A model generated the notes under the pieces. The model worked only from the letters and a program-made list of their open reading frames with translations. It did no database searches and was not told where the DNA came from. Made by a program: the position numbers and the translations under genes. Shown here piece by piece: positions 1 to 8,913 of a stretch of DNA of 64,000 bases (the first letter of the stretch is position 1; every line of letters begins with the position of its first letter). The stretch covers positions 12,269 through 76,268 of the forward strand of contig CAZUXT010000009.1 in assembly GCA_964624145.1 (NCBI GenBank), given 5' to 3'. This DNA is from an uncultured Eubacteriales bacterium. Lineage in GTDB: Bacteria > Acidobacteriota > Aminicenantia > Aminicenantales > Aminicenantaceae.

Positions 1-99
1 TTTTAAGTTTTCTTTTTCCCTCTCCAGAGAATGTATGTCGCGTTCTTCCACCATAGGAAGCCCGCGCGTGAGTTTGTGTTTTCGGGAAGGGGCATTCAT
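1..99 (-). CDS. Possible 5' end of a gene running off the left edge (MNAPSRKHKLTRGLPMVEERDIHSLEREKENLK...)
   Basis: Read manually: ATG at 99, open for 33 codons to position 1; no clear RBS; function unknown. Confidence 0.4.
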   Translation of the reverse strand, partial: MNAPSRKHKLTRGLPMVEERDIHSLEREKENLK

Positions 100-103
100 T
101 GAG
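89..103 (+). repeat. 15-bp direct repeat GGGGCATTCATTGAG, copy 1
   Basis: Exact match to 1133-1147; flanking bases differ on both sides. Confidence 0.8.
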
Positions 104-351
104 TTAAATTTTTTCTAATTACTCATAGCTGTATTTTACCAAATTGAAGAATAAATCTCTATGATTTGGTTCGATTCGATTCCTCAGGTTAATCAATCCT
201 ATCCATATTCTCTATTTCATGCGGAATACTTATTGACCGGATATCTCCTTTCGATATATCATAATTCAAACATAACATCACAAAGGGCATAAATTGAACA
301 AAATTGATTCTAAATAAGGGAAATTAAAATGTTTCTTTTAGGGAGAAAGCG

Positions 352-1095
352 ATGAAAGCATGGAAAATCTGTATTCTGATTGGATGTTTGGGATCGATCC
401 TCAGTTGCATGATGTACACAGGATCGGGTCCGAGTAGTTATATCGGCCACCCGTATGCAAACTCTTCTGATCAGGACGAAATAATCATTACAGATGAACT
501 GAAAGAGCTTATCTCTTCAAATCCAAAGCTTAAGATTGTTATTCGGATTGCACAGCCTTCCCAATCAGTTACCAGGGCAGAAAGAGTCATTTCAGATGTA
601 AATATATTCGAAAAAACACTTGTCCGAAACAGTTATATTGTTCGTGATCGGGCACTGCTTGAAAATCTGATGAAATCCGAAAGCGCTGATTATCTCAGCA
701 TCAAGGATAAAATCGATACGGATATTATCATTGAAATCCTAAGAATCGAATTTGGGATTCCTAACCAAGAAAAAAGTTATTTCAATGTGACGACAAACCA
801 GGTCGAAGACTTTCCTATAGAAGAAAACTACATCGACTGTCCCATGGCTAAACTTGAATGCCGGATCACCCTGGTCGATCGAGGACAGTTAGGGGGGATG
901 TTCCTGTTCCATATCACCCGTTGTGACCTTGAGAAGAGAGAGATCATCCTCAACCGCTCCCGGACTTTGATGGGTTGGGTAGAAAAAGAGACCGGTCCTG
1001 CCTTTTTGGTATTGACCATGTCATTAGATGATGAAGAAGTTCGGGAAAGAATCATTGAATATTTTGCCAACCGGTTAATCCAGATTCTTTCCTAA
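352..1095 (+). CDS. Hypothetical lipoprotein (possibly CsgG/LpoB-like fold)
   Basis: 247-aa ORF, GGGAG RBS, signal peptide with ILSC lipobox; the EKTLVRNSYIVRDRALLE segment resembles CsgG-type proteins (weak). Confidence 0.7.
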   Translation: MKAWKICILIGCLGSILSCMMYTGSGPSSYIGHPYANSSDQDEIIITDELKELISSNPKLKIVIRIAQPSQSVTRAERVISDVNIFEKTLVRNSYIVRDRALLENLMKSESADYLSIKDKIDTDIIIEILRIEFGIPNQEKSYFNVTTNQVEDFPIEENYIDCPMAKLECRITLVDRGQLGGMFLFHITRCDLEKREIILNRSRTLMGWVEKETGPAFLVLTMSLDDEEVRERIIEYFANRLIQILS

Positions 1096-1132
1096 GCTCC
1101 CCAATAAAATCTTGTTAATATATCTTGAGGGG

Positions 1133-1147
1133 GGGGCATTCATTGAG
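1133..1147 (+). repeat. 15-bp direct repeat GGGGCATTCATTGAG, copy 2
   Basis: Exact match to 89-103; overlaps the stop codon of the 1140-1829 gene. Confidence 0.8.
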
Positions 1148-1829
1148 ATTCTGTTTTTCCTCTCAGACAGATGTCATCGAAATATCCTGTGTCGTCAAAC
1201 GAACCGACTCCCACCAGGCCGTGGGATAGGGTTGGGTCTTTGGCCGTGAGAATGGGATTTTCCATATCATCCATATAGGCTTTGATTTCTGCGGTGGATG
1301 CATCATAGGTCACTTTGAATTCATGCCAGTTATTATCAATCAAACGAAAAACGGATTCGCCTTCAGGTTCGAAGTTGATTTTCTCCCGGTCTTTTCCGTT
1401 TACAAAGCCGATAATATTGTGCAGGGAGTCGCTTTTTGCTGAGAAATGCACATAGTAGAAATGAGTGGAGTCCTGGAAGTGAAAAAACACGCACATATCC
1501 CGGTAGACATTGGATGGGTCTGTTTTGCATTTGACCCGGCCTGTGAACTGGAACGAAGTGACATCAAAGCCTTTAATAAGGGACCAGGAAGTAGGAGCGC
1601 GGACAACACTCTGTTCGCCCGGTGAAGTGAGTTCGTAAACCATGGAACCTTCACATTCCGTGATTCTCCAGTGGTCAGGATTACGGGACATCCATGCCTC
1701 TGCGGATGGGTGTTCGAAGTCATAACACGCCAGTTCGGGAAGCGGTTCCGGGGATTTCGTCCCGCAGTATAGAAAAAGGGAGAGTGTGAACAGGATTAAG
1801 AGAACTTTTACTGGATATTGTGCGTTCAT
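1140..1829 (-). CDS. Lipoprotein with a concanavalin A-like beta-sandwich (DUF1080/3-keto-disaccharide hydrolase-like) domain
   Basis: Lipobox FLYC; beta-rich pattern WHEFKVTY...PILTAKDPTLSHGLVGVGSFDD...FDDI typical of this fold. Confidence 0.7.
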   Translation of the reverse strand: MNAQYPVKVLLILFTLSLFLYCGTKSPEPLPELACYDFEHPSAEAWMSRNPDHWRITECEGSMVYELTSPGEQSVVRAPTSWSLIKGFDVTSFQFTGRVKCKTDPSNVYRDMCVFFHFQDSTHFYYVHFSAKSDSLHNIIGFVNGKDREKINFEPEGESVFRLIDNNWHEFKVTYDASTAEIKAYMDDMENPILTAKDPTLSHGLVGVGSFDDTGYFDDICLRGKTESQ

Positions 1830-1844
1830 TGTGACCTCCGGCCG

Positions 1845-2831
1845 TTAAACAGGGATCCCGTCTGTATAGCCGGGATTCATCCATTCAAGGCTTTTGCTAT
1901 CAAAAAAAGGTTTGAGGTGAGAGGTCATCTGCTGCATCTTTTCGGCACTCATTGGCTTGAAGTTTCTTACCATTTGGATGTTCTTTTTCAAAACATTCAT
2001 ACCGTCTGTACCTATGACTGCGGCTGAGACATGCTCCAGGTTGAGGGCGTAATAGATCAAATCGTCAGTATTGATATCAGGGACTGTTTCTTTAGGACGG
2101 ATCACTTTCATGACCAGAACGCCCATATTTTTTTTGACAGCTTCGGGAATGGCTTTGTTTTCAAAGTTTTCCTTTCCATCCGAGTAGTGATTGAGCGCGA
2201 TGAGCATGGTGTCAAAATCATAGCGTCTGGCTGCTTCAGCCATGGCTTCAGCGGAGAGATGGCCTGAAAATCCAATAAACCGGGTCGCTTTTTCCTGTTT
2301 CAGTTTCATGAGAGCTTTTAATGCTCCGTTTTCAGCGCCTATTTTGTCGACATCTTCCAGAGAGGTGATCAGATGGATCTGAAGAAGGTCCACATGGTTT
2401 GTTTGAAGGCGTTTGAGGCTTTCTTCGAACTGCCTCATAGCTCCGTCATAAGTCCGTTCTCCGAATTTTGTGGAAAGGAATACTTCATTCCTCCGGTCTT
2501 TGAGTATCAGTCCATACCGTTCTTCAGCGACCACTCCATTATAAACATAGCTGTGGGCGGTGTCCCAGTAGTAAAGGCCATTGTCAAGGGCATGGGTAAG
2601 GATCTCCATGCTTTTTTCCGGATCTTCCACATTACAGAACCGGCTTCCTCCTCCGATCACGATCAAAGGAACCTTGATTCCTGTTTTTCCAAGTATCCGT
2701 GTAGGGAGCCCTTTTGAGTCAAAAACGTTTTTTTTCTTGAAGAGAGATTCACAGGATAGACTGTTGACAGCCAGAGCTGCAGTAAGGGATGTTTTAATAA
2801 AATCACGCCGGTTGAGTTTGTTTTTATTCAT
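1845..2831 (-). CDS. Aldo/keto reductase with Tat signal peptide
   Basis: Start moved to MNKNKLNRRDFIK (ATG 2831, GGGAGA RBS); twin-arginine motif; catalytic D/Y (WDTAHSY), K (LSTK), H (LQIH). Confidence 0.9.
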   Translation of the reverse strand: MNKNKLNRRDFIKTSLTAALAVNSLSCESLFKKKNVFDSKGLPTRILGKTGIKVPLIVIGGGSRFCNVEDPEKSMEILTHALDNGLYYWDTAHSYVYNGVVAEERYGLILKDRRNEVFLSTKFGERTYDGAMRQFEESLKRLQTNHVDLLQIHLITSLEDVDKIGAENGALKALMKLKQEKATRFIGFSGHLSAEAMAEAARRYDFDTMLIALNHYSDGKENFENKAIPEAVKKNMGVLVMKVIRPKETVPDINTDDLIYYALNLEHVSAAVIGTDGMNVLKKNIQMVRNFKPMSAEKMQQMTSHLKPFFDSKSLEWMNPGYTDGIPV

Positions 2832-2967
2832 TTTTATCTCCCTTATCTTGGATAATATAGTGTATTTGCAGAGGCGCTCTATTTCCCCATAAGCCCATGA
2901 AGGAATTATATTAGTTTCACAATAGGGATACAACAGTTAATTTTAGATGAGCAGTGCGGATCAGGCT

Positions 2968-4584
2968 CTAATTAGACTCGGACTCTACTTTGGCTTTATC
3001 CTGGGCCAGGATGGTTCCGGAGATATCAGATAGAGCTTGAAAGTAAGAGACGAAACGTTCGATTTCATCAGCTTGCTCCTGCCCAAGATTATGGGCCCAG
3101 CGGTAGGCTATGGGCTGGTACCAGAGTTCGGCTTCTATGCGAAAGGGGCCTTGATAACCTTGAATCTTGATATTATAAATGATTATGTCTCCACTGCCCT
3201 GAAAATCTTGGTCCTGAGCGGCTCTTCCTCGGACTTCAATATCTTCCTCCGCCGTGGACTTGTCAAATCCTTTGGGCAGGAGCCGGTTGTCCTTAATGTA
3301 TCTCACAGCTGTGAGCAGGACAGTCGTCACTTTGCCATCAGGTCCGCCCAGAATTCCTTCGTAGATCTGAACATCATCAGGCTTTTTAATCTTTGTGTAA
3401 TGGGGTTCAAATAGGTCAGGGTCAGAGTCATTATCGTTTCCTTTGATAGAGCCATCAGAGTTGATGCCCCCAGATTCAAAGATCAAGGCATTGAACCGAT
3501 CATAGACCGTAAAATGAATCCAGGCTCTGCGGGAAGGATAGGCAGAGGGAAGTTTATGGCCCGCTCGATTTTGTATGTTCACTTCTGCCTGAAGTTGTCC
3601 TTCAGATAGGGTTATATTCTCCAGTTTTATCTGTGCTGAAGAGGAACTGAGGTGAGCGGCTGTTCTAAGAGAGGTTGTCTCTAATTCCTGAGGGAGTGCT
3701 TTGACTCCCAGTTCATAACGGTAGCGGTTGAGGATTTTGGGCACAAAAAAGTTACCTCCTCTGAAAACATGGCGGGATACTTCTTCCCGATCTTTTCCCA
3801 CCACTCCGGTAATAGGAGTCATGTCTTCAACTGCGGGCATATGACAGGATTGGCAGCTCCGATGCCCGGGATAGGAGCTGTGCTTCCATTCAAGATAGGG
3901 GACTTGTTCCGGAAGTTCACCGATCACTTCTCCTTTTTCATTGAGGGCATGTGTGTAGAGTGTATGACAGGAGGCGCACAGTTCAGAAGTCTGGATGTGC
4001 GCAGCTTGAGTGGGAAGAAAATCAGATGAGGACTGCATAAGAGCTTTGCGCCCTTCATCGATTTCATAGGGCCCGAAGATCTCTCTTTGTCCCAAAGCTG
4101 TTTTGGTATCTACAACAAATCCAGCTGTGAAGCTTTCTTTTTGACCCAGATTTTCTTTTCTGATTTGATGACACATGGTGCATGAGACGCCATCGGCGGC
4201 TAATCGGTCTTCATAAGTGACCTGTTTTGTAATGGGGAGATGTTCAAAGACTTGGCTTTTTTCCCCTTTGACTTTAGCCAGATACCGTGCCATGGGCATA
4301 TGGCATGCGGAACATTCATGCTGAATGGCATCTGTAGCCATGGAGTGCACTATGGTTTCACGTCGTACAGAAGCCTGCCAGTAAGGGTCTCTTGATGAAT
4401 GCGCCATCATGGATGAGCGCCAGTTAGCTCCAAAAGAGATATCTTCTCCTTTGGGAGTTACAAGCCCGTTATGGCAGGATATGCAGCGGTCTGCTGTATG
4501 GAAAATTTGGGGTAAAGGAACAGCCAAGGCTAAAGTCAATACCAATAGCATTGGAACAATAAGGGAAATATATTTGCGAATCAT
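2968..4584 (-). CDS. Exported pentaheme c-type cytochrome (c554-like multiheme family)
   Basis: Five CxxCH motifs (CISCH, CSACH, CTMCH, CASCH, CQSCH); signal peptide from MIRKYISL (ATG 4584, AAGGA RBS). Confidence 0.9.
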   Translation of the reverse strand: MIRKYISLIVPMLLVLTLALAVPLPQIFHTADRCISCHNGLVTPKGEDISFGANWRSSMMAHSSRDPYWQASVRRETIVHSMATDAIQHECSACHMPMARYLAKVKGEKSQVFEHLPITKQVTYEDRLAADGVSCTMCHQIRKENLGQKESFTAGFVVDTKTALGQREIFGPYEIDEGRKALMQSSSDFLPTQAAHIQTSELCASCHTLYTHALNEKGEVIGELPEQVPYLEWKHSSYPGHRSCQSCHMPAVEDMTPITGVVGKDREEVSRHVFRGGNFFVPKILNRYRYELGVKALPQELETTSLRTAAHLSSSSAQIKLENITLSEGQLQAEVNIQNRAGHKLPSAYPSRRAWIHFTVYDRFNALIFESGGINSDGSIKGNDNDSDPDLFEPHYTKIKKPDDVQIYEGILGGPDGKVTTVLLTAVRYIKDNRLLPKGFDKSTAEEDIEVRGRAAQDQDFQGSGDIIIYNIKIQGYQGPFRIEAELWYQPIAYRWAHNLGQEQADEIERFVSYFQALSDISGTILAQDKAKVESESN

Positions 4585-4588
4585 TGTC

Positions 4589-5746
4589 TTACCATCCTTC
4601 AAAAAATCCGCCGTCGAACCAATCCCAGAGCAGGTAGGCCATGACTTGAATATCCCGGTTCGACGTGAAATTACCGGGGATACGCACGCCAATGTTGAAC
4701 ATGATGTGCTGGCGTGTGTTTAAAGTCACCTGTATTTGGGGCATGATATCCCAATAAATGTTGGACCCGGATTCCAGCTCACCTGAAGCAAGCAGCTCGA
4801 TCATGGGAGACCAGGCACGGCCCCACCAACCTCCGGTAGTGAAAGTTCGGCCTAAAGCCAATCTGAAAAAAGCTTCGGTCTCAGCTTTATCGCTCTGAGC
4901 TGGAAATTCAGCTCCTAATTGAGAGTGGAGAAAAAAGTCTGCGGGAAGGATCTGTCCGTAGGATAAAAAGGGCTCAAAAACGAAAGTGCCTTTTCCAAAA
5001 CCTTGAGCTTCGTCTCCAGTAGGCAGAATGATTTCAGCAGCAGCGCTGAAAATAGAACCGCTTTTTAAGCTGTGAATAAGAGTGCGCTTGACACCCAGAG
5101 CTAAATCTCCAAGATTTGAAGTCCAGTCAGTTATAGGGTCAGCTCCGTTTGCAAGAGTCATTTCGCTCCAGCCAAAAGGAACCTTGACCTCTATTTGATT
5201 GCGGGATCCAAACCTTTGTTCGTACACAAATTCTCCTGAAATTTTATCAAGAGACTCGTTTGTTCCAAAAGTCAATACGGCCTCGTCTTCAGGATAAGCT
5301 TTTTCAGTGATTATGGCCCTGGGAAGATTCAGATCACCTGGAGGCCAATGAGGATCGGAACAGAATGCCTTAATATATTCAACGGCCTTTGTGATTTCTT
5401 CAATGGATAGCACGTTGCCTAAGGCAGGCATCAGTTGAGCAAATCCTCTGACCGGTCCACCTTGGTGAGCTATGGCCACCCAGTCAGGAGAGGGTTCTCT
5501 TGAAGAAAAATTACAATCTGTAAAGTCAGGAAGAGGAGTATCAAATCCGACCCGGCTTTGGGGTTGGCCTTTTCCATCAGGTCCATGACAATTGGCGCAG
5601 GAAGCCAGAAAAATCTCCTTCCCGGTCATATGTTCATACTGGGATTTATCTTGAGTTTTGGTTCCTGCTGAAAGAATAGGAGAAACAGCGGCAGTCAGCA
5701 GAACTGATAGTATTGTAATCCGTATGGAACTCATTTTGTGTTTCAT
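4589..5746 (-). CDS. Monoheme cytochrome c fused to a putative outer-membrane beta-barrel (MetA-pathway/transporter-like)
   Basis: Signal peptide, CANCH with distal LMPA Met; C-terminal part has alternating amphipathic beta-strands and ends in aromatic residues; stop is 4 bp from the pentaheme gene start. Confidence 0.8.
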   Translation of the reverse strand: MKHKMSSIRITILSVLLTAAVSPILSAGTKTQDKSQYEHMTGKEIFLASCANCHGPDGKGQPQSRVGFDTPLPDFTDCNFSSREPSPDWVAIAHQGGPVRGFAQLMPALGNVLSIEEITKAVEYIKAFCSDPHWPPGDLNLPRAIITEKAYPEDEAVLTFGTNESLDKISGEFVYEQRFGSRNQIEVKVPFGWSEMTLANGADPITDWTSNLGDLALGVKRTLIHSLKSGSIFSAAAEIILPTGDEAQGFGKGTFVFEPFLSYGQILPADFFLHSQLGAEFPAQSDKAETEAFFRLALGRTFTTGGWWGRAWSPMIELLASGELESGSNIYWDIMPQIQVTLNTRQHIMFNIGVRIPGNFTSNRDIQVMAYLLWDWFDGGFFEGW

Positions 5747-5838
5747 GCATAAACCCCTTCTCTAAAAAATATCATATGGAAAATACACAATTATTTTATC
5801 TATAATTTAGAATAATTACAAGTATCAATTCCCTTTTT

Positions 5839-8400
5839 TTATTCGTAGCGTAAAGAATCCACAGGATCTGAGTGGGCGGCTTTGAGTGCCTGGAATGTAA
5901 CGGTGATTTGAGCGATGAAAAGAGAGAGAAGAGCTGTTCCCAAAAATATCGTCCAGGAAAGGGGAATCCTGTAAGGAAAGTCACTGAGCCAGTTGTGCAT
6001 CAGAAAATAAGCCACAGGCCAGGCAATAACATTGGCAATAAGAACCCATTTGGCATATTCTTTGGACAGCATAAAAATGATTTTGGTAACAGATGCTCCC
6101 AGAACCTTGCGGATGCCGATTTCTTTGGTCCTTTGCTCGGCCGTGAATGATGCTAGGCCAAAAAGCCCCAGACAGGAAATCACTATAGCCAGAAACGTAA
6201 AGGTCCTGACGATTCCCATTTCCCGTTCCAAACCTCTATAAAGCCGGTCATAGTCTTGATCTAAAAATCTGTATTCAAACGGGAATTCCGGGTTGAATTT
6301 TTTTGCCGCTTCCTTTATGGAAGCAAGGGCTCCGGGGATATCTCCTGGATTCAAACGGATGAACATATAATTGTATTCGCGCATTTGAGGATTGTGATAA
6401 AGAAGAAGAGGGCCGATTTCCCTGTAGACAGGGGTGAAGTGAAAATCCTTGACTACACCTATGACTTGGAGTGCAAGTTCTCCTTGAGAAAGCCGGGCGC
6501 CGATAATGTTATCCAGGCCCATGATTTCAGCGAACCGCTCGTTAATCAGAACATTTGAACCGCTGTTCTCGGTTCCTTTGCGGAAGGATTCTCCTTGTGT
6601 GATTTCCATTTGGAATGTTTCCGGGAAATCAGGGTCCACACCAAAATAAGTGACCAAAGGATTAATATTGGGATCACGGCCTTCCCAATCCCAATCCTGT
6701 CCGTTGTTGTAGATGCCGGTGGGAGAATGAGAGGCCAGGGATATGTTTTTAATGCCCGGATCCTGTAGAAGTTCATGCTTCATGGATGCATAGCTCTTCT
6801 TTAAATTGCCTTCCACCCGGATATAAAGTAGGTGTTCTTTATCAAATCCGAGATTTTTATTTTTTATATATTTGACTTGATTGAAGATGACCAGAGTTCC
6901 GATAATCAACATCACAGAAAGAGAAAACTGCACGACAACCAGAATTTTGCGGAAAAGATCTCCTTTTTTTCCTGAGATGCCTTTTCCTTTCAATACGGCA
7001 GCAGGCCGGAAGCTAGAAAGGAATACAGCCGGATAGATTCCGGCTATGATTCCGGTAAGAACGGTCACAGCTAAGATGCCTAATATTATTTGTCCATTAA
7101 CGAGGCTTAAAAAATACAGGGGTTTGCCGGTCAGTGTTCTGAAAAAGGGCATGAGAAGTCTCACCAAAATCAAGGCTGTAATAAGTGAAATAAAGGTAAA
7201 CAGGACAGATTCTCCAAAAAACTGTTTGGTCACCTGAGTCCTCCTGGCACCCACTACTTTCCGGAGGCCCACTTCTCTTGAGCGCTGAGAAGAGCGGGCT
7301 GTTGTCAGATTCATGAAGTTGATGCATGCGATAATCAATATGAGAAAAGCAATAATGGTGAATATCCGGATCTGTCCTATCCTTCCCCAGACTTGAAGAT
7401 AGACTTGACTAAAAGGATAGAGAAAGGGCTCTGAATTCGTTTCAGGTCTGGATTCCCTGATGCGGTTTGCGATTTTTTTATTAAATGATTCCAGGTTGAA
7501 ATTTTGATCCACTTCAGCGTAGGTTCTGAAAGCAAGATTGTACCAGGTCTCGGTATAGCCCGGTCTCCATACAGTATTGGCAAATTCCAGGGGAATCCAT
7601 ACGCTGAAACGGATTGTAGAGTTATGAGGGATGTCTTTCATCACTCCTACCACTTTGAAATCATACTCTTCATTAATGGTTAAGGTCTTTCCTACAGGAT
7701 TGTCCCGGCCGAAATATTTATCAGCAACGCTTTCGGAAAGAACCAATACATTCGGCCCGGAAAACAGGTCTTCGATCCTTCCTTGGATCAGAGGAAAGGT
7801 GAAGATCTGGAAAATTTCCGGGTCTGCCATTTGTATGAGCTCTTTGAATTTCGTTTCGCCGCTGGTGAAAAGAAATTCTCCCTGACCATTGTTGAATCTG
7901 GCCGTATTGATGATTTCCGGATACTCGGCTTTAAGAGCAGGCCCTATAGCAGGGACAGAACCCATGCCTTCCTCAGTTTCACTCCCATAGTGCTGGATGT
8001 TCCGGACAACATAGAGTGAGTCAATCTTTTCATGAAACTTATCAGTGCTCAGTTCATCCTGCACCCAGAAGAGGATCAAAATACAACAGGCCATGCCGAG
8101 AGCAAGACCTATGATGTTAAGGATCGAATAGGCTTTGTGCCTTCTGATATGACGAAAAGCGATTTTAAGATAATTTTTGAGCATAGCAAAACTCCAGTAA
8201 AAGAAATTTTTAATACTCAGAGGGATGACTTTTAAGACCTGTGACCAATACCAGAGAAAGGCCTTGAATGGTCCTTTTGTCATGAGTTCATACTGAAATC
8301 CCTCTTCAAAGTCTCCTAGTTTTTCACTTTGTTCTTCCCGGCGGAAAATGATTTTGAGCAGATGTTCCGCAAGACGGGGATGCCTTTTTAATTTGCTCAT
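5839..8400 (-). CDS. ABC transporter permease, duplicated MacB/FtsX type (ADOP-like) with N-terminal permease-prefix domain
   Basis: Two MacB-PCD/FtsX repeats (IACINFMNL...REVGLRKVVGA; AEQRTKEIGIRKVLGAS); start set at MSKLK (8400) just after the padR stop. Confidence 0.92.
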   Translation of the reverse strand: MSKLKRHPRLAEHLLKIIFRREEQSEKLGDFEEGFQYELMTKGPFKAFLWYWSQVLKVIPLSIKNFFYWSFAMLKNYLKIAFRHIRRHKAYSILNIIGLALGMACCILILFWVQDELSTDKFHEKIDSLYVVRNIQHYGSETEEGMGSVPAIGPALKAEYPEIINTARFNNGQGEFLFTSGETKFKELIQMADPEIFQIFTFPLIQGRIEDLFSGPNVLVLSESVADKYFGRDNPVGKTLTINEEYDFKVVGVMKDIPHNSTIRFSVWIPLEFANTVWRPGYTETWYNLAFRTYAEVDQNFNLESFNKKIANRIRESRPETNSEPFLYPFSQVYLQVWGRIGQIRIFTIIAFLILIIACINFMNLTTARSSQRSREVGLRKVVGARRTQVTKQFFGESVLFTFISLITALILVRLLMPFFRTLTGKPLYFLSLVNGQIILGILAVTVLTGIIAGIYPAVFLSSFRPAAVLKGKGISGKKGDLFRKILVVVQFSLSVMLIIGTLVIFNQVKYIKNKNLGFDKEHLLYIRVEGNLKKSYASMKHELLQDPGIKNISLASHSPTGIYNNGQDWDWEGRDPNINPLVTYFGVDPDFPETFQMEITQGESFRKGTENSGSNVLINERFAEIMGLDNIIGARLSQGELALQVIGVVKDFHFTPVYREIGPLLLYHNPQMREYNYMFIRLNPGDIPGALASIKEAAKKFNPEFPFEYRFLDQDYDRLYRGLEREMGIVRTFTFLAIVISCLGLFGLASFTAEQRTKEIGIRKVLGASVTKIIFMLSKEYAKWVLIANVIAWPVAYFLMHNWLSDFPYRIPLSWTIFLGTALLSLFIAQITVTFQALKAAHSDPVDSLRYE

Positions 8401-8408
8401 TTTTTGTT

Positions 8409-8729
8409 TTATGTCAGTACCTTCTTGGGGACTTTTTCCCATATGTTCTCATAGACTCTTCGAATCTCCAAAAGGGCTTCTTTTCCCTCGTCGGTTATTT
8501 TGTACAGGTACTTGTGTCTTCCTCCCCGTTCAGGGGTGCTTTCTCCTTTGTGTTTGATCAGATATCCTTTATGAGTCAGTTTGTTCAACGGATCATAAAT
8601 CTGGGCCAGAGACCACTTCACTCCTGTTGCTTCATGGATAAGTTCCCTTATGGATATCCCATAAGCATTTTCTTCCAGTTTTAAAACACTCAGAAGTATG
8701 ATTTCCTCAGCTCTGGATAAAAGTTTCAT
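8409..8729 (-). CDS. PadR family transcriptional regulator
   Basis: 106 aa; AYGISI...IYDPLNKL...GGRHKYLYKITDEG winged-helix pattern; directly upstream of the permease. Confidence 0.93.
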   Translation of the reverse strand: MKLLSRAEEIILLSVLKLEENAYGISIRELIHEATGVKWSLAQIYDPLNKLTHKGYLIKHKGESTPERGGRHKYLYKITDEGKEALLEIRRVYENIWEKVPKKVLT

Positions 8730-8761
8730 GATAGGCCTCTTTTTTTCTTTGTTTTGTGTGC

Positions 8762-8782
8762 ATTTATCGAAATCCGATACAT
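8762..8782. promoter_or_regulatory. Inverted repeat TATCG-N5-CGATA, candidate PadR operator
   Basis: ATTTATCGAAATCCGATACAT palindrome 33-53 bp upstream of the padR start. Confidence 0.55.
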
Positions 8783-8849
8783 ATATACATACGCAGAAGG
8801 TTTCAAAAAGGTTGCCCGAAAAAAAATTCCGGGTGTCTTGGTTTTTAAA

Positions 8850-8904
8850 TGGACTTTGGATTTACAATAGATATAATGAAAAAGACTGAGAAGAAGAAGG
8901 AGGT
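8850..8904 (+). promoter_or_regulatory. Sigma70-like promoter and RBS for the S46 peptidase
   Basis: TGGACT (8850) -16- TATAAT (8872); AAGGAGGT at 8897-8904. Confidence 0.5.
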
Positions 8905-8913
8905 CTGATTGTC

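Noticed and set aside
1129-1136. Poly-G tract as a phase-variation switch
   Set aside because: It lies between convergent gene ends, outside any promoter or supported coding frame
2832-2933. Longer N-terminus of the AKR, and likewise 4585-4692 (pentaheme) and 8401-8442 (permease)
   Set aside because: Later ATGs give proper signal peptides or RBS and avoid overlaps with upstream genes
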